Assembly: GCF_006345805.1 (NCBI RefSeq)
Contig: NC_042997.1
Span: 58,962,001 to 59,026,000, forward strand
Direction of reading: 5' to 3'
Length of the DNA stretch: 64,000 bases
From: Octopus sinensis
Lineage: Eukaryota
Shown here: one piece after another, positions 27,985-40,682 of the stretch
Numbering within the stretch: the first letter of the stretch is position 1
Layout of the letters: every line of letters begins with the position of its first letter
Notes under the pieces: model-generated
What the model was told of the DNA's origin: nothing
Seen by the model: the letters and a program-made list of their open reading frames with translations, nothing else
Database searches by the model: none
Position numbers and translations under genes: made by a program

Positions 27985-28375
27985 ATATAAAATGCTTAGC
28001 GGCATTTCGTCCGTCGCTACTGCCTGAGTTCAAATTCTGCCGCGGTCGACTTTGCTTTTCATCCTTTCGGGGTTGATAAATTAAGTACCAGTGAAATACT
28101 GGCGTCGACATAATCGACTCAAAATTTCAGGCCTTGTGCCTTTAGTAGAAAAGATTATCATTATTATTCAGGCTACGAGCTGGCAGAGTCGCTAGCACTC
28201 CGGGAAAAATGCTTCACGGCATTTCTTACATTCTGAGTTCAAATGCCGCTTAGGTTGACTTTGTTTTTCAGTTTTGCGGGGTCGGTGAAATAAATACCAG
28301 AAACTGGGGTCGATATAATCGACTTGTCCCCTCCCCCAAAATTTCAAGCCTTGTGCCTTTAGTAGAAAGGATTAT
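27985..28375 (+). mobile_element. Two tandem SINE family B copies
   Basis: Two successive ...gagttcaaat...gactttg...tttcatcctttcggggttgataaattaagtaccag...ttagtagaaa units. Confidence 0.8.
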
Positions 28376-28842
28376 TACCTTTATTGCTACTACTAATGCT
28401 GTTGTTGCTGCTACTGTAATTAGAAACTGACGCACAGAAGGAACTGGTATGAAATTTATCTTCGGAAATTAAACATCAAGGCTCCATGAGAAGAGAAATT
28501 TTAATAAACTCTAGTCTTATCATGATAAATAAAATAACAGAGATAAGTGAATTATACCAAACATATACATATAGAAATATTTGGAAATTAATGAACTAGA
28601 TCACACAAACGAACTGAAAGCCAGGAAGGAATATTATAGTCACATTAAATTGATACTCGAAGCAGAACTAAATGGCAAAAATAAGTGATAAATATCATAT
28701 CCTAACTTAGCTAGAAATAATAGTCTCAGATAGAAGCTAAATGAATTAGCAAAACTAGATACAAAAATAGACACAGTAATGACTATGCCATCAGAAAGCC
28801 CACAAAGAAAGATTGTATTTATTATAAATTCTTGTGTATATA

Positions 28843-29212
28843 TGTTGGCACTCCGCCGGTTACGACGACGAGGGTTCCAGTTGAACCGATCAACAGAACG
28901 GCCTGCTTGTGAAATTAACGTGCAAGTGGCTGAGCACTCCACAGACACGTATACCCTTAGCGTAGTTCTCGGGGAGATTCAGCGTGACACAGAGTGTGAC
29001 AAGGCTGGCCCTTTGAAATACAGGTACAACAGAAACAGGAAGAAAGAGTGAGAGAAAGTTGTGGTGAAAGAGTACACCAGGGTTCGCCACCCCTCGTGGA
29101 GCTTTAGGTATTTTCGCTCAATAAACACTCACAACGCCCGGTCTGGGAATCGAAACCGCGATCCTATGACCGCGAGTCCGCTGCCCTGACCACTGGGCCA
29201 CTGGGCCTCCAC
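28843..29212 (-). mobile_element. SINE family E body plus an adjacent tRNA-like SINE head
   Basis: gtggctgagcactccacagacacgtataccc body; minus-strand head gtggaggcccagtggcccagtggtcagggcagcggactcgcgg...ggtttcgattccc. Confidence 0.65.
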
Positions 29213-29269
29213 TGTGTATATATACAGATTAGGTATATACACACATTCATACACAATCTGTTTTTACGC

Positions 29270-29640
29270 CAGTTTTCGCCTATCATGATTGTTGGGTAAT
29301 GACCGAAAGAGTATGATCGCGATTGAAATGGGATTCCTCCAGGGATCTCAGGGCGCGTAGCTCGGAGAACAAGGAGTCTCTCCAACTCGATCCGCTACTT
29401 CTCCGCATTGGGAGATAACAACCCTGATACTACGGACATGCGATTAGAATGTCACAGGAAAGAATGACAAGACGGATTCTTCATGCCGAGCCAATCGGCA
29501 GGAGACGAAGAACGAGATGGTTGGCTAATATCCATAGTCTCAATTGGTCACGCTTAGAAATCCAGCTGGAGAGTCCAAAACTGTTTGTTTCTGATAGGAC
29601 CCTATAGAGGAGGTGCTGAAGTACTCTACCACATAACCAT
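29270..29640 (+). mobile_element. RTE-type LINE 3' fragment
   Basis: Degenerate HDCWVMTERV...YYGHAIRMSQERMTRRILHAEPIGRRR. Confidence 0.6.
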
Positions 29641-30204
29641 CCCAGGAATAGTAAGCTGAGAAGATGGATGTATGGATGAATAGTGTATATATATTCTTAT
29701 TAGCTTTACTGCAACTTGAAAATGTTTTACAAACTATCTGCAATAGGACAACAAAACTATTTAGGAAAAATGCAAAAGCTATTTTCTGTCTTCTGGGAAG
29801 CCGACAAACACAAAGCATATATATAGAAGTAACATGTATCTGCTGGGAAAATTAGAAAACAACAAACTATTCATAAAATAAAATCTGAACACAAAATGAG
29901 ATCACAAAATATCACGTTAAAATATTGGCCAAAAGAAAAAAGTATTCTACAAGAGAAAAGCCCAAAGAATTCACCGAAAGATTAAATCAGAACTAATTTA
30001 ATGCTGAGGCTGAAGGATCGTGGTACAAGATGAAAGCCTTCCTACCAGAAACTAACCAAATCATATAATGATGCAAAATACAAAAATAACTGCGGAATAT
30101 ACAGGAGCTATGATATGAAATCAGCTACATTGTTTTTGGCTGATCAGCAGTCTTACCCAAAAAGATATGTACACACACACACACGTACACACACATACAC
30201 ACAC

Positions 30205-30236
<32 letters not shown>

Positions 30237-31179
30237 TATATATATATATATATATAATATATATATATATATATTATATATATATATATAGTCGTCTAAG
30301 AAAAATGCAGGCGCCCGTACACTTGTCAACAGAGTGGGTATATTCAATCTTTATAGCATGCAGTATTATTGATCCATTGATCCATTTTATTACTTAGTTT
30401 TTGTGCGAAACCAATGGATAAGATCGGTTGATAGTAGAAATATATGCCACATAAAGATCCAGAGAATAACAATGGGATCGTATAACAATGGGACGTGTCG
30501 ATTCACACAGACAAATTTATGAATGTAAATCTACAAATCTAGACATTATTTACTTTTATGTCCTGGCAATTTTATTTCAGATCCCATACCAGTTGACTTC
30601 GCCCTTCATATTCCATGGAGTCGATAAATAACTACCAGTATTTTTATTGATTCAGTTAACCATATGTTTCCTCCTTTAAAAACATTGGTCCTTGTACTCA
30701 CGTTTGAGTGATAGATTTCCTCCATCGCCCGATTTAATACCGCCATTTGGTCCTTTTGGTACCTTCAGCATTCACCTTGTAAAGTGACAAAGTGGCCTTA
30801 CAATAGGAATCTGACGAAATGCTTTACGATATGCTCCCTGAGCCCTGAGTTCTAACCCTACCGAGGTCAACTTTGCCTTTTGTCCTTTCGTAGTTAATAA
30901 AAAACACCAATGTAGTGTTTTGACAGAACTGTTAGCACATCAGACTGGATGCCATGCGGTATTTGTTCCATCTCTTTGCATTCTGCGTTCAAATCCTGCT
31001 ATGACCTACTTAGGTGGTAGTCTTAACTCGTTACCAGCCGTTTTGACATCTTAGGTGCGTTTAGCAGACTCTACGCTGTCGCAAGCATTTGTACAGGTTT
31101 CCAGCTTCTCTCCCATCCAGCAATCTCAGAGGCCCTGAAATGATCTATGAACACTGCCTTATCCTCTGACTAAAATATA

Positions 31180-32075
31180 CGAAGTGGTATCAAAAAGTTC
31201 CCGGACTAGTTTTGTAGCACGCTAACAAATTGCAGCACACAGTTGCGTGCGCAGTGAGAACTAGCAGTTACCTTCATGAGGCAGTATGTCGAATGACATC
31301 GCTCTGTTTACTTCGCAGGTTGTGGGATTTGTGTTTTTGTGATCACGCGTATACTGTAGTCTGCGATTTTGTCATGGGCAGGTTTTGAAAGCCAACGTGA
31401 AATTTTACATTAAGTTTGAGAAGTCTGCTACAGAGACACTGAGTATGCTTCGGCAATCTTACAGCGACAAAGCAATTAGTTGTACGCAACGTTTCGAGTG
31501 GTACGGGCGCTTCAAAAGCGGAAGAACATCTCTGAAAGACGATGAGTGTTCTGGAACACTTGCGTCACCCCCAGAAATGTGGAATTGTGCATCGAGAGTT
31601 CGTCCCCCAGGGCCAGACCGTCAGTCGAGAGTGCTACTACGACATTTTAAAGCGTTTGAGGGAGGACATTTGGCGAAAGCGACCGGATCTGTGGAGTGCG
31701 AAGAATTGGATTCTTCACGGTGACAATGCACCCTGTCACAAAGCTCTTCTCACTCGTGAGTTTCTCACCAAAATAAACATGGTAATGCTTCTGCACCCGT
31801 CCTATTCTCCAGATTTAGCACCTGAAGACTTCTATCTTTTCCCCAAAAAGAAAATGCTGCTCAAAGGTCGCTGTTTTAACATTGTTGGCGAGATCCAGAG
31901 CGAATCGCAAAATGCCCTCGACTCACTTACGGAAAACAACTTCCAAGCCGGATTCGAAAAGTGGTAGGAACGCTGGAACCGGTGTATTTCAGCGCGAGGT
32001 GACTATTTCGAAGGAGATGACGTTAAAACTTAAGTAAATAAGTTATTTTGTATTAAACATTTTGACACCACCTCG
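31180..32075 (+). mobile_element. Internally deleted mariner (D,D34D-type) transposon
   Basis: TA-flanked TIRs cgaagtggtatcaaaaagt / acattttgacaccacctcg; N-terminal HTH (ORF 31385) and LHGDNAPCH..HPSYSPDLAPEDFYLF (ORF 31542); middle missing. Confidence 0.93.
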
Positions 32076-32779
32076 TATAATAAAACATTTGAGTCAGGTC
32101 ATTCGTCTCAGAATGCCTTCTTCCCATCAGCCTTGGAGATTCTGGAAAGGCATCCACTGAATAAGTAATTAAAAATATAATAATCAAATACAAACAGGAG
32201 AAAACGTCACCAAATCGATATTTCAATACCACCGAATAACAATATATCACTAGACGACATGGGAAATATAAATATCTGGAAATATAAAGATCTGGAAATA
32301 GAATGTAGTAACTAAAAGTAGAAACAACCTCCACAGTAATAAGCGCTTAGGGGATAATAATAAAGCAAAGCAAACAAATACATAACCAAAATACCATTTC
32401 TTACGCATACAAGCAATATAGAAAAATAGCTACCAGGAACTATACAAGCCAATCAGTGAACATCTATATGGACTTTCCATTAAATAAGAAAAGCAACAAA
32501 ATTTTCCTCGGATCACTTCTTATCATTAAAAACATGCAAAGGACACCCTAGAAATTATTGTCCGAGTTACAGGGCTAGTAGTAGTAGCAGTAGTACGGGG
32601 AGATTTGCTGTAACAGCGCATTGCTGCATGCACCATTTGTTGGTGATTTTCTACTCCTAGTGGATGACACCTTTGCACCACCCAGGCAACAACCCTCCAA
32701 CCCATGGGCCTGTTCGGATGATCGCTGCTGGTGGGGGTTTTACGAAGTCGGAGTAAAAATACTACCTCAGCCTCTTTTA

Positions 32780-32970
32780 GTCGCCTTTTACGACACGCAG
32801 AGAAAACGTTGGAGCTATTCTTTGACATGCATGTTCTCACACAGCACTAGAACAACGTGAAATGAAGTGTTTTAATCAAGAACACAACACAGCTTCCAAT
32901 CTGAAATCGAACCTATGATCTGACAATCGCGAGTCCAACACCCTAACAACTAAGCCGCGCACCTTCACAG
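32780..32970 (-). mobile_element. tRNA/CORE-like SINE
   Basis: Minus strand gaaggtgcgcggcttagttgttaggg...ggttcgatttc...gtgttgtgttcttg..aaacacttcatttcacgttg. Confidence 0.65.
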
Positions 32971-33773
32971 GACTGGTCTGAAAATAAATATATAGTCGTC
33001 TAAGAAAAGTGCAGGCGCCTGTACATTTGTCAACAGAGTGGATATATTAATCTTTATAGCATGCAGTATTATTGATCCATATATGTATATATATACATGA
33101 ATGACTATTAAACTGCTTGTATGTAATCTTTCCTTTTTAATGTTGAAAACTGATATATATATATACACATTTACCTATTTTGGTTATGATAACATTTCTG
33201 ATAATCTTAAATTTTATCTTTCTACAAAATAACAATATTGTTTATAAACAATCACCCATAGTACCCCATGATAAAATTTCCTCTGTATGAACATCATAAG
33301 TTTTATTAGCGTCTTGCCCCTTTAACTGGTAATTAACATCATGATTTAGGGTCTTCCCCTACCCAGCCTCCTTTATAGACAGTTACTTTATACCCAATTT
33401 ACTACTCCTAATATCTTGACAATATTTATGACCATACCTAGCCATGAGCTGTCAGCCCACTCTTGCCCGTCATTCCAAACAGATACAGTCCTCTAATCTG
33501 AGATTTAGTAGTTGATAAAAAGACAAATAAATTAGAACAAAGCCTCTCTTAACGTTTACTTATCATTGTCAAAGACTCTGTCATTGTATTTTAATACATC
33601 TATGTTAACTCATTTTTAACATTACAAAGGCTACACAAAGCCTTGCACTTTACTTTTGAAAATCATTTTTTGAAAAAGAGAAATCGGACAACTCAATAAA
33701 CATTTTTAAAAGACCCCTACATTTTCAAATTTTCTTCCTTTGTGTGTGTGTGTGTGTGTGTGGTGTGTGTGTG

Positions 33774-33816
<43 letters not shown>

Positions 33817-33818
33817 GT

Positions 33819-34131
33819 AGATAAATTAAGAAATGGAGTCAAACGCTGATGTTAATCAAATCATTTATACTTTCCAACATATGTTTCGAAAAAAGCATTG
33901 AGATTATTCCGGAGGGAATAAAAATGCTGTAAAACAATGTAATCACATTCGGTTAAAATGGCTTATTGATGTGTTTTCTTCCTTTTTTTTTCCTGACGAG
34001 ATGATTGCATTGTTTTACATCATTTTTATTTTCTCCGGAATAAACTCAATGCTTTTTTTTGAAACATATTTTGGGAGTATAAGTAATTTGAATAATACCT
34101 GCATTTGACCACTCCATTTCTTAATTTATCT
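33819..34131. mobile_element. Foldback MITE with ~127-bp inverted arms
   Basis: 33819-33945 is the approximate reverse complement of 34002-34131 (roughly 80% by eye). Confidence 0.85.
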
Positions 34132-34300
34132 GTGTTATACAAAAACATTTCATTTAACCCTGGAATTTCTACCTTTATAAGTAGATTGTAATATCCTTGG
34201 CACTTATGTGATTTACCCTGGTAACTATTTCTTTATTTTTTCCTTATTATTTGTACACATTGAAAAAAGTATACATACATTGATATATCTATATATATAT

Positions 34301-34344
<44 letters not shown>

Positions 34345-34406
34345 CATGTATGTATATATGTATATATAAAAATAAATATGTATATATATATATATTATGT
34401 ATATAT

Positions 34407-34461
<55 letters not shown>

Positions 34462-34486
34462 GTATACATATACATAATATATATAC

Positions 34487-34560
<74 letters not shown>

Positions 34561-34579
34561 ATTTATATACATGTATTCA

Positions 34580-34662
34580 GGCCGATCAAAGTCTTGTGAG
34601 TGGATTTCGTACACGGAATCTGAAAGAAGACTGCCGTATACATATGTGTATATCTGTGTGTG

Positions 34663-34747
<85 letters not shown>

Positions 34748-35340
34748 ATGAAGGCGCATGGCTCAGTGGTTAGAGCGTCGAGCTTACGATCGTGAGGTTG
34801 TGAGTTTGAATCCCGGACCGGGCTGCGTGTTGTGTTCTTGAGCAAGACACTTTATTTCACGTTGCTCCAGTTCACTCAGCTGTAGAAATGAGTTGCGACG
34901 TCACTGGTGCCAAGCTGTATCGGCCCTTACCTCTCCCTTGGATAATACTGGTGGCGTGGAGACGAGAGGCCGGTATGCATGGCCGACTGCTGGTCTTCCA
35001 AAAATAATTTTGCCCGGACTTGTGCCTGGGAGGGTAACTTTCTAGGTGCAATATCATGGTCAGTCATGGCCGAAGGGGGTCTCAGCAGCAGCAGTGTGTG
35101 TGTGTGTGGTGTGTGTGTTGTGTGTGTGTGTGTGTGTGTGTGCCTGTGTTTGTACCCCCACAATCGCAAGACAACCGATGTTGCTGTGTTTACGTCCCCG
35201 TAATTTAGCAGTTCGGCAAAAGACTCCGATAGAATAAGTACTAGGCTTACAAAGAGTAACTCCTGGGTCGATATGTTCGACTAAAGGCGGTGCTCCAGCA
35301 TGGCCGCAGTCACATGACTGAAAGAAGTAAAACAATAAAA
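34580..35340 (+). mobile_element. SINE family A copy split by a nested family C SINE
   Basis: A mid-body 34580-34640, microsatellite, insert, microsatellite, A 3' body 35155-35340. Confidence 0.8.
34753..35083 (+). mobile_element. Full-length tRNA-derived SINE family C with CORE-like central domain
   Basis: A box tggctcagtggtt, B box gtttgaatccc, then gtgttgtgttcttgagcaagacacttta. Confidence 0.85.
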
Positions 35341-36219
35341 AAAACTATGTCATTTTAATCCCCGATCAATGCCGGGTATCTCTGCTAGTATAATACAAAT
35401 GAATTTAATCTGATAGCCATTTTATGTTATCGAACTGTTTCATACTGAAGAAACCTACAAATAGTGGATAGTAAATTGATAATCATTAGATATAGCTGAA
35501 TGGAAAAGTATGGTTTGAATTCTTCGTTACTAGGTTCCGAAGATGTAAAAACAAGTGGCTGTAAAAATAAAAGAAATACAATGAAAAACAAAGACAAAAA
35601 TACTAAAACTCAAGTCCATCAGAGTTATGTCCCTTAGACACAACTCTGATGGGCTCAAATCCATTCTAGTTTTTAAAATATATATTAGTAACAGTTAGCT
35701 TGTTAAAAGTGTTTGTATATGTAATAGGAAGATGAAGAGGAGATAAGGGTGAGATAACAATAGAAAGAGCGATGGAGGAGACGGAGAGAGATGGGGAGAG
35801 TCGGATAGTTCGCGTGTATGTATATATATACGATGGATTCTCCCGTCGAGACGACGTAAGAGTGTTCAGCTTTTGCCGAACAATCTGCACAAATGATTTG
35901 TTTATAGCGATCAAATGTAGGTGTTGTACATTAGCTCACTCCTTCCATCATATCAACGTTACCTGAACAGGTGCACGATGTGCCACACGTCAGGTGTCGA
36001 AGTAATCGCAGAGCAATGTATGATGAAGCACTTTGATCTAGAACACTTGACACTACCCGGTTTAAGAACTCAAACCACAAGGTCACGAACATGAGTGCAA
36101 CACACTAACAACTTGGCAACACATACACACATACATACATACATACATACATACATACATACATACATACATACATACATACATACATACATACATACAT
36201 ACATGCATGCATTTATACA

Positions 36220-36255
<36 letters not shown>

Positions 36256-36270
36256 TATATAATATATATA

Positions 36271-36312
<42 letters not shown>

Positions 36313-36534
36313 TAAAGGAAGAGAAAAACAAAACCAAGGCAAGCTTATCAGATCATTTACGTTAGTTTAGTTTAAATCATCCCATTTTATATACTTATAT
36401 ATATATATATATATAGGAGATGTACTCGCATAGCAAGTAATTTGATCTGAGATCGTGTGCTGAAACGAAAACAATTGCAGCGTGGAAGGTGTTTATAAGC
36501 CATTTAAGAAACACACAAAAACCGTTCGATAATA

Positions 36535-36630
<96 letters not shown>

Positions 36631-37449
36631 CTGTTGTGTCTGGGGAGAGTCATTTTCTTTTTGTGCCTTATAATGTAACACACTCACCGGTAAAATTTCC
36701 ACTTATTTCTTATTTTTATTTTCCTAAAATTTTCGTTGCGTCTTGCAACCTTTTCAATAGTCTTGACTCTGTCCGTTATTTACACTGCGTTCACTTTTGT
36801 TTGCTTGTGCGCATGTGTGTGGGTCAGTGTGTGTGTGTGAGTGTGTGTGTACCTATGCATGCATGTATGTATGTATGTATGTATGTATGTATGTATGTAT
36901 GTATGTATGTATGTATGCATGTGTGTGTATGTATATGTGTGTGTGTGTGCATATGTATATATGTATGTATATGTGTGCATCTGTATGTATGTATTTTGCA
37001 TATTCATGTGCTTGCATGTCCGTGTTTGTGTATTTTTATGCATGTGTGTTTGTATATGTATGCATCTCTGTCTCCTTGTGTGTGCATGTCTGAGTGTGTG
37101 TGTGTGTATGTGTGTGTATGTGTGTGTCTGTGTGTGTGTGCGTGCGCGGTTGAATGTGTGTGTGTGCGTGCGTGTCTGAGTGTGTGTGTGTGTTTTACAA
37201 CTATGTATCGTGTTTGTATGTATGGATGTGCATCTCCATATGTGTGGACACGTGTCTCCATGTGTCCTTGTGTGAATAAAGTGTTTGCGAATTTGGTTTG
37301 CAAGATTCTTTATGTGAGTTGATGTGTTGAAGCACAAAAAGAAAATGACTCTCCCCAGACACAACAGTTTATATGTGTGTGTGTGTGTATACATATATAT
37401 ATATACACGCACATACACACACACACCCATATATATATGTATGTATGTA

Positions 37450-37530
<81 letters not shown>

Positions 37531-37538
37531 CATACATA

Positions 37539-38418
37539 CGTGGTCTGATCAATAAGTATCCGGTTGTTGCTATAGTAACGAAGCTAAAGCACGGAGAGTG
37601 AAGCCGCTTGACACAAATTGAGCTTGTGCATGCGCACTAAGTTTGAACTTCTAGCTTACTTCCGCTATTTACAGTAGTACTTGGAAGGAAGGTGTGTAGC
37701 GTATGATCGTCTCATTGACCATGACAGAGAAAGTTGAGCAGAGAATCTGCATCAAATTTTACCAAAGCTTGGCAAAACCTGCTCAGAGGCCTAAGCAAAG
37801 TTTTCAAAAAGCTTTCATCGTTCACGACACAATCAAGATCTTTTGCAGCTATAACCCGAGTGTGCTTTTGGTCAGCTGAAAGCAGTTTTTGGCACAAACT
37901 TAGCAGACATGCATCTCATACCCAAGATCTTCAGTGATAATGGACTGAATTGAACCGTAACTAATTTGCCTATCCTCTAATAACTCAGGGATGGTGATTC
38001 GACGATTTCTCTCACTGCTGCACGCACATCTGCGATATTTTCCTCAGGTCTGCTGGTTGCGGGTCTCCTAGAACATTCGTCAATGTCCACATTTCTTCGG
38101 CTATCTTGAAAACGTCTGAACCACTCGTACATTTGTGTGTGGCTCATACACTCTTCTCCATACTCTTTCTGAAACTTTGCGTAGGTCTCTGAGCAGGTAT
38201 CGTCATGACAACTTTCTCTGTCGTGGTCAATGCAACGATCATACGCTAAACACCTTCCTTCCGAGCAGTGTTCTAAACAGCTGAAGTGAGCTAGAACGTT
38301 AAAACTTAATGCGCATGCACAGCAGAATTCAACGTCAATCTTTGTCAAACGGCTTCTCTCTGCGTGCTTTACCTTCATTACTGTGACAACAGTCCGGATA
38401 CTTATTGATCAGACCTCG
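37539..38418. mobile_element. Mariner derivative made of two inward-facing left ends
   Basis: TA-flanked ~28-bp TIRs cg(t/a)ggtctgatcaataagtatccgg; both arms carry the same 5' UTR and transposase start (MTEKVEQRICIKF on +; TCSETYAKFQKEYGEECMSHTQMYEWFRRF on -). Confidence 0.9.
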
Positions 38419-38787
38419 TATGTGTATATATATATGCTTGTAAACAAGTGCTGTTTGTGGAGACATGAACGCTTTTATTGTGAAGGTAGCTCTAATGGAA
38501 GAACAACCAATCCTAAAAACCCGCCTTGCCTATTTTTCTCTCTGTTTCTTTTTCTTTTTTTTTTTTGCCTCTGGCTTCTTTGACTGTGCTTTTCTTATCT
38601 ATGAGTATCGTTAAGCTTTTTACATTTCTAAAGCCCATAAAACGGATGTAGCAACAAAGACTTCCAAGCTATACTTTCCATTCAGCCATGTCCGATGATT
38701 GTTAATTTGCCTTTCTACAGTTGGAAGATCCTCAACATGAAACCGATTGGTAACATTAATTTGATGTGTTATGAAACTAACTTTATA

Positions 38788-38849
<62 letters not shown>

Positions 38850-39422
38850 TATTAGGAAGTAAATCCAAACTTACAGGGAAAAATTAAATTTAGGATTAAA
38901 TCCAATTTTACAGTATAAATATATGTATATATTAAATTAGAGATAAAACCACTATTAGGCAAATCAAAGAGTGAAAAACATAAACCAAAACAAAGAAATG
39001 AAATTAATTAATATAATATACAAAATATATAAAATATAAAATTCAAAATTCAAATTATTTAAATTTAAAGTTAAAATTTTAAAAAATTTTTAATTATAAA
39101 TTTATACTTATAAATTTATATATATATATATTATTTTTATTATTATTATTATTTTTATTATTATTATTATTTTTATTATTATTTTTATTTTTATTTTTAT
39201 TTTTATATATATTTATTTAATTTTTTTTATAATTATATATAACTATCAAAAAGTATTAAAAAGTTTAATATAAGATAAAAAGTACTTTATTAAAGTACTT
39301 ATATTAAACTTTTTAATACTTTTTGATAGTTATATATATTTATAAAAAAAGTTAAATAAATAAATAATTTTAAAAATTTAAAATTTAAAATTTAAAAAAA
39401 ATAATAGTAATAATAATAATAT

Positions 39423-39481
<59 letters not shown>

Positions 39482-39519
39482 TATATATATCAATACTTAT
39501 CACATACATACATTATGGC

Positions 39520-40586
39520 TGCCCCCTCGTTATCGAGTATGGCCATTGCACGAAGCTTAACTGTTACTGGTGCTGTGATCGAATGTGACTTTTTAGCCCA
39601 GCTAAAGATCTACAATGTCTTGTACAAAATTGGCAACTAAAACCTTTACTGGTAATAGCCGGCTGTAGTTGTAACTGGGCTTCATGTACCTTTGCATGTC
39701 GTTTAAGTCCTCCTGCCGAATTACACTCTCTTCCACATGCCCGACAGATATGATTGGTATAGTGTGTTACACTACTACCAGTGGCCAGGTTGTCACTCAT
39801 CTGTCTCGTTTTATGACTACGAAGATGACTCATGAGTCCAGCTTTACTGATGCAGGGTCTTGCACAGACATTGCATGTCAGAATCAAAGGAAGACCCTTC
39901 CCTTCTGGAAGTGTAACAGCGATGCCCTTCCTGACATCCCTCCTTACTTTCTCATGTGCAACTCGAGATTTCTCAAACGTGGTTGTCCCTTCATGCACAA
40001 TCCTTCTCCACCTGCTACGATCAATAGCTATGCCTTCCCATGTGTCAGGAGAGATGCAAGCATCTCTTAAGGAAGCCTTCAGCAAGTCCTTATACCTCTT
40101 TTTTGGTTTATGTGGAGGTTGTTCTCCTTTAGCTAACTCTCCATAAAAGAGTTGTTTTGGCATCCTCGAATCCTTCATTCTGACCAGATGACCACTCTGA
40201 GCTTTTGCTTTAACACAAGAGCTTCTATACTTCCACACCGAGAGCCTTCGAGTATTTCAAGATCACTGATGCGGTCCTTCCACTTAATGCCATAGATCCG
40301 TCTGAGGCACATCTGATGGAAACGTTCCAGTTGTTTAAGGTGGTATCGATATGTGACCCACGTCTCGCAGGCATAGAGAAGAGAAGGGAGCACACATGCC
40401 TTGTACACCTTTATCTTTGTCTTTCTGCATATGTCTCGCCGACTCCAGAGGCGCTTTTCTAGCCTTCCGAAAGCAACACTTGCTTTCCTAATTCTATATG
40501 GAATTTCATCATCCACATTGCCATATCTATTAATAGTGCTTCCCAGGTAGACAAACTGATCGACTACATCGAGTCGTTTACCATTT
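39520..40586 (-). mobile_element. 5'-truncated RTE (BovB-like) LINE, nearly intact C-terminal ORF2
   Basis: VDQFVYLGS, KTKIKVYKACVLPSLLYACETW, LERFHQMCLRRI, GHLVRM..RMPKQLFYGEL; one frameshift near 40200; short 3' UTR. Confidence 0.95.
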
Positions 40587-40682
40587 ACACATACATACAT
40601 ACATACATACATACATACATACATACATACATACATACATACATACATACATACATACATACATACATACATACATGGCAAC

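Larger units (their letters stand above)
28440..32470 (+). mobile_element. Fragmented R4/Dong-like (RLE) LINE interrupted by SINEs, an RTE piece and a mariner
   Basis: KYLEINE...LILEAELNGKNK...LAKLDTK (28580-28800), AEAEG..VQDESLPTRN (30004-30055), DISIPPNNNISL...KYKDLEIE (32216-32310), all degenerate. Confidence 0.6.

Noticed and set aside
34753-34825. tRNA gene
   Set aside because: The A/B boxes continue into a SINE body seen elsewhere, and no full cloverleaf is evident. The same applies to heads at 24368, 29150 and 32900.
39564-40238. Host C2H2 zinc-finger gene
   Set aside because: The fingers are continuous with RTE ORF2 motifs and followed by a LINE tail.
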